Shown: positions 63,963-64,000 of the stretch, piece after piece
How positions within the stretch are numbered: position 1 is the first letter of the stretch
Layout: every line of letters starts with the position of its first letter
Assembly (NCBI GenBank): GCA_029287595.1
Contig: JARFQU010000035.1
Coordinates: forward strand, 88-64,087
DNA: 64,000 nt
Origin: Halioglobus sp.
Lineage (GTDB): Bacteria > Pseudomonadota > Gammaproteobacteria > Pseudomonadales > Halieaceae
Direction of reading: 5' to 3'
Translations under genes and position numbers: made by a program
The notes under the pieces: generated by a model
What the model was told of the DNA's origin: nothing
Database searches by the model: none
The model's input: the letters and a program-made list of their open reading frames with translations, nothing else

Positions 63963-64000
63963 TGGTCAGCCTCCCTGGAGGCTACTTTCTCGGCGGCGCG
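63959..64000 (-). CDS. 3' end of an unidentified upstream gene (partial)
   Basis: Minus-strand frame reads ...RAAEKVASREADQ followed by TGA, overlapping the hydrolase ATG (ATGA). It is too short to identify. Confidence 0.3.
   Translation of the reverse strand, partial: RAAEKVASREADQ

Overview
GC-rich gammaproteobacterial chromosomal segment. It is almost entirely conserved housekeeping genes, and gene order resembles the Pseudomonas PA37xx-PA38xx neighbourhood. Order: partial GGDEF-EAL gene, DUF1330, tRNA-Leu(CAA), acidic repeat protein, queA-tgt, small YqfO-like protein, nudL-like, gamma-CA-like, DUF1289, corC-like, ypjD-like, ffh, rpsP-rimM-trmD-rplS, xerD, dsbC, aminotransferase, hom-thrC, recJ, prfB (+1 frameshift)-lysS. 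An accessory block follows: lipoprotein, HK-REC-REC/cyclase operon, divergent Crp-family gene. Then xseA, guaBA, cytochrome c lipoprotein, amidase, tadA, mltF, purL, secDF, suhB, trmJ, iscRSUA-hscBA-fdx-iscX, ndk, rlmN, pilW, short rodZ-like, ispG, hisS, yfgM-like, bamB, der, truncated hemoglobin, ABC transporter pair and an alpha/beta hydrolase. I found no rRNA, CRISPR array, IS/transposase, integrase, prophage or recognisable defence genes. The best candidate for an undescribed system is 24.7-28.9 kb. It is a translationally coupled sensor kinase, a single-domain receiver, and an H-box/receiver/class III cyclase fusion whose substrate-specifying residues read Glu/Gly (guanylate-cyclase-like, not Lys/Asp). 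A CRP-family cNMP-binding regulator is transcribed divergently, which suggests a phosphorelay-gated cGMP module. The second notable region is the recJ-prfB spacer: in-frame TAG-initiated 33-bp tandem repeats, two inverted hairpin elements with a conserved 23-nt loop and covarying stems, and a hexanucleotide microsatellite. All calls rest on reading the sequence and ORF track and on recalled family motifs. No database search was run.
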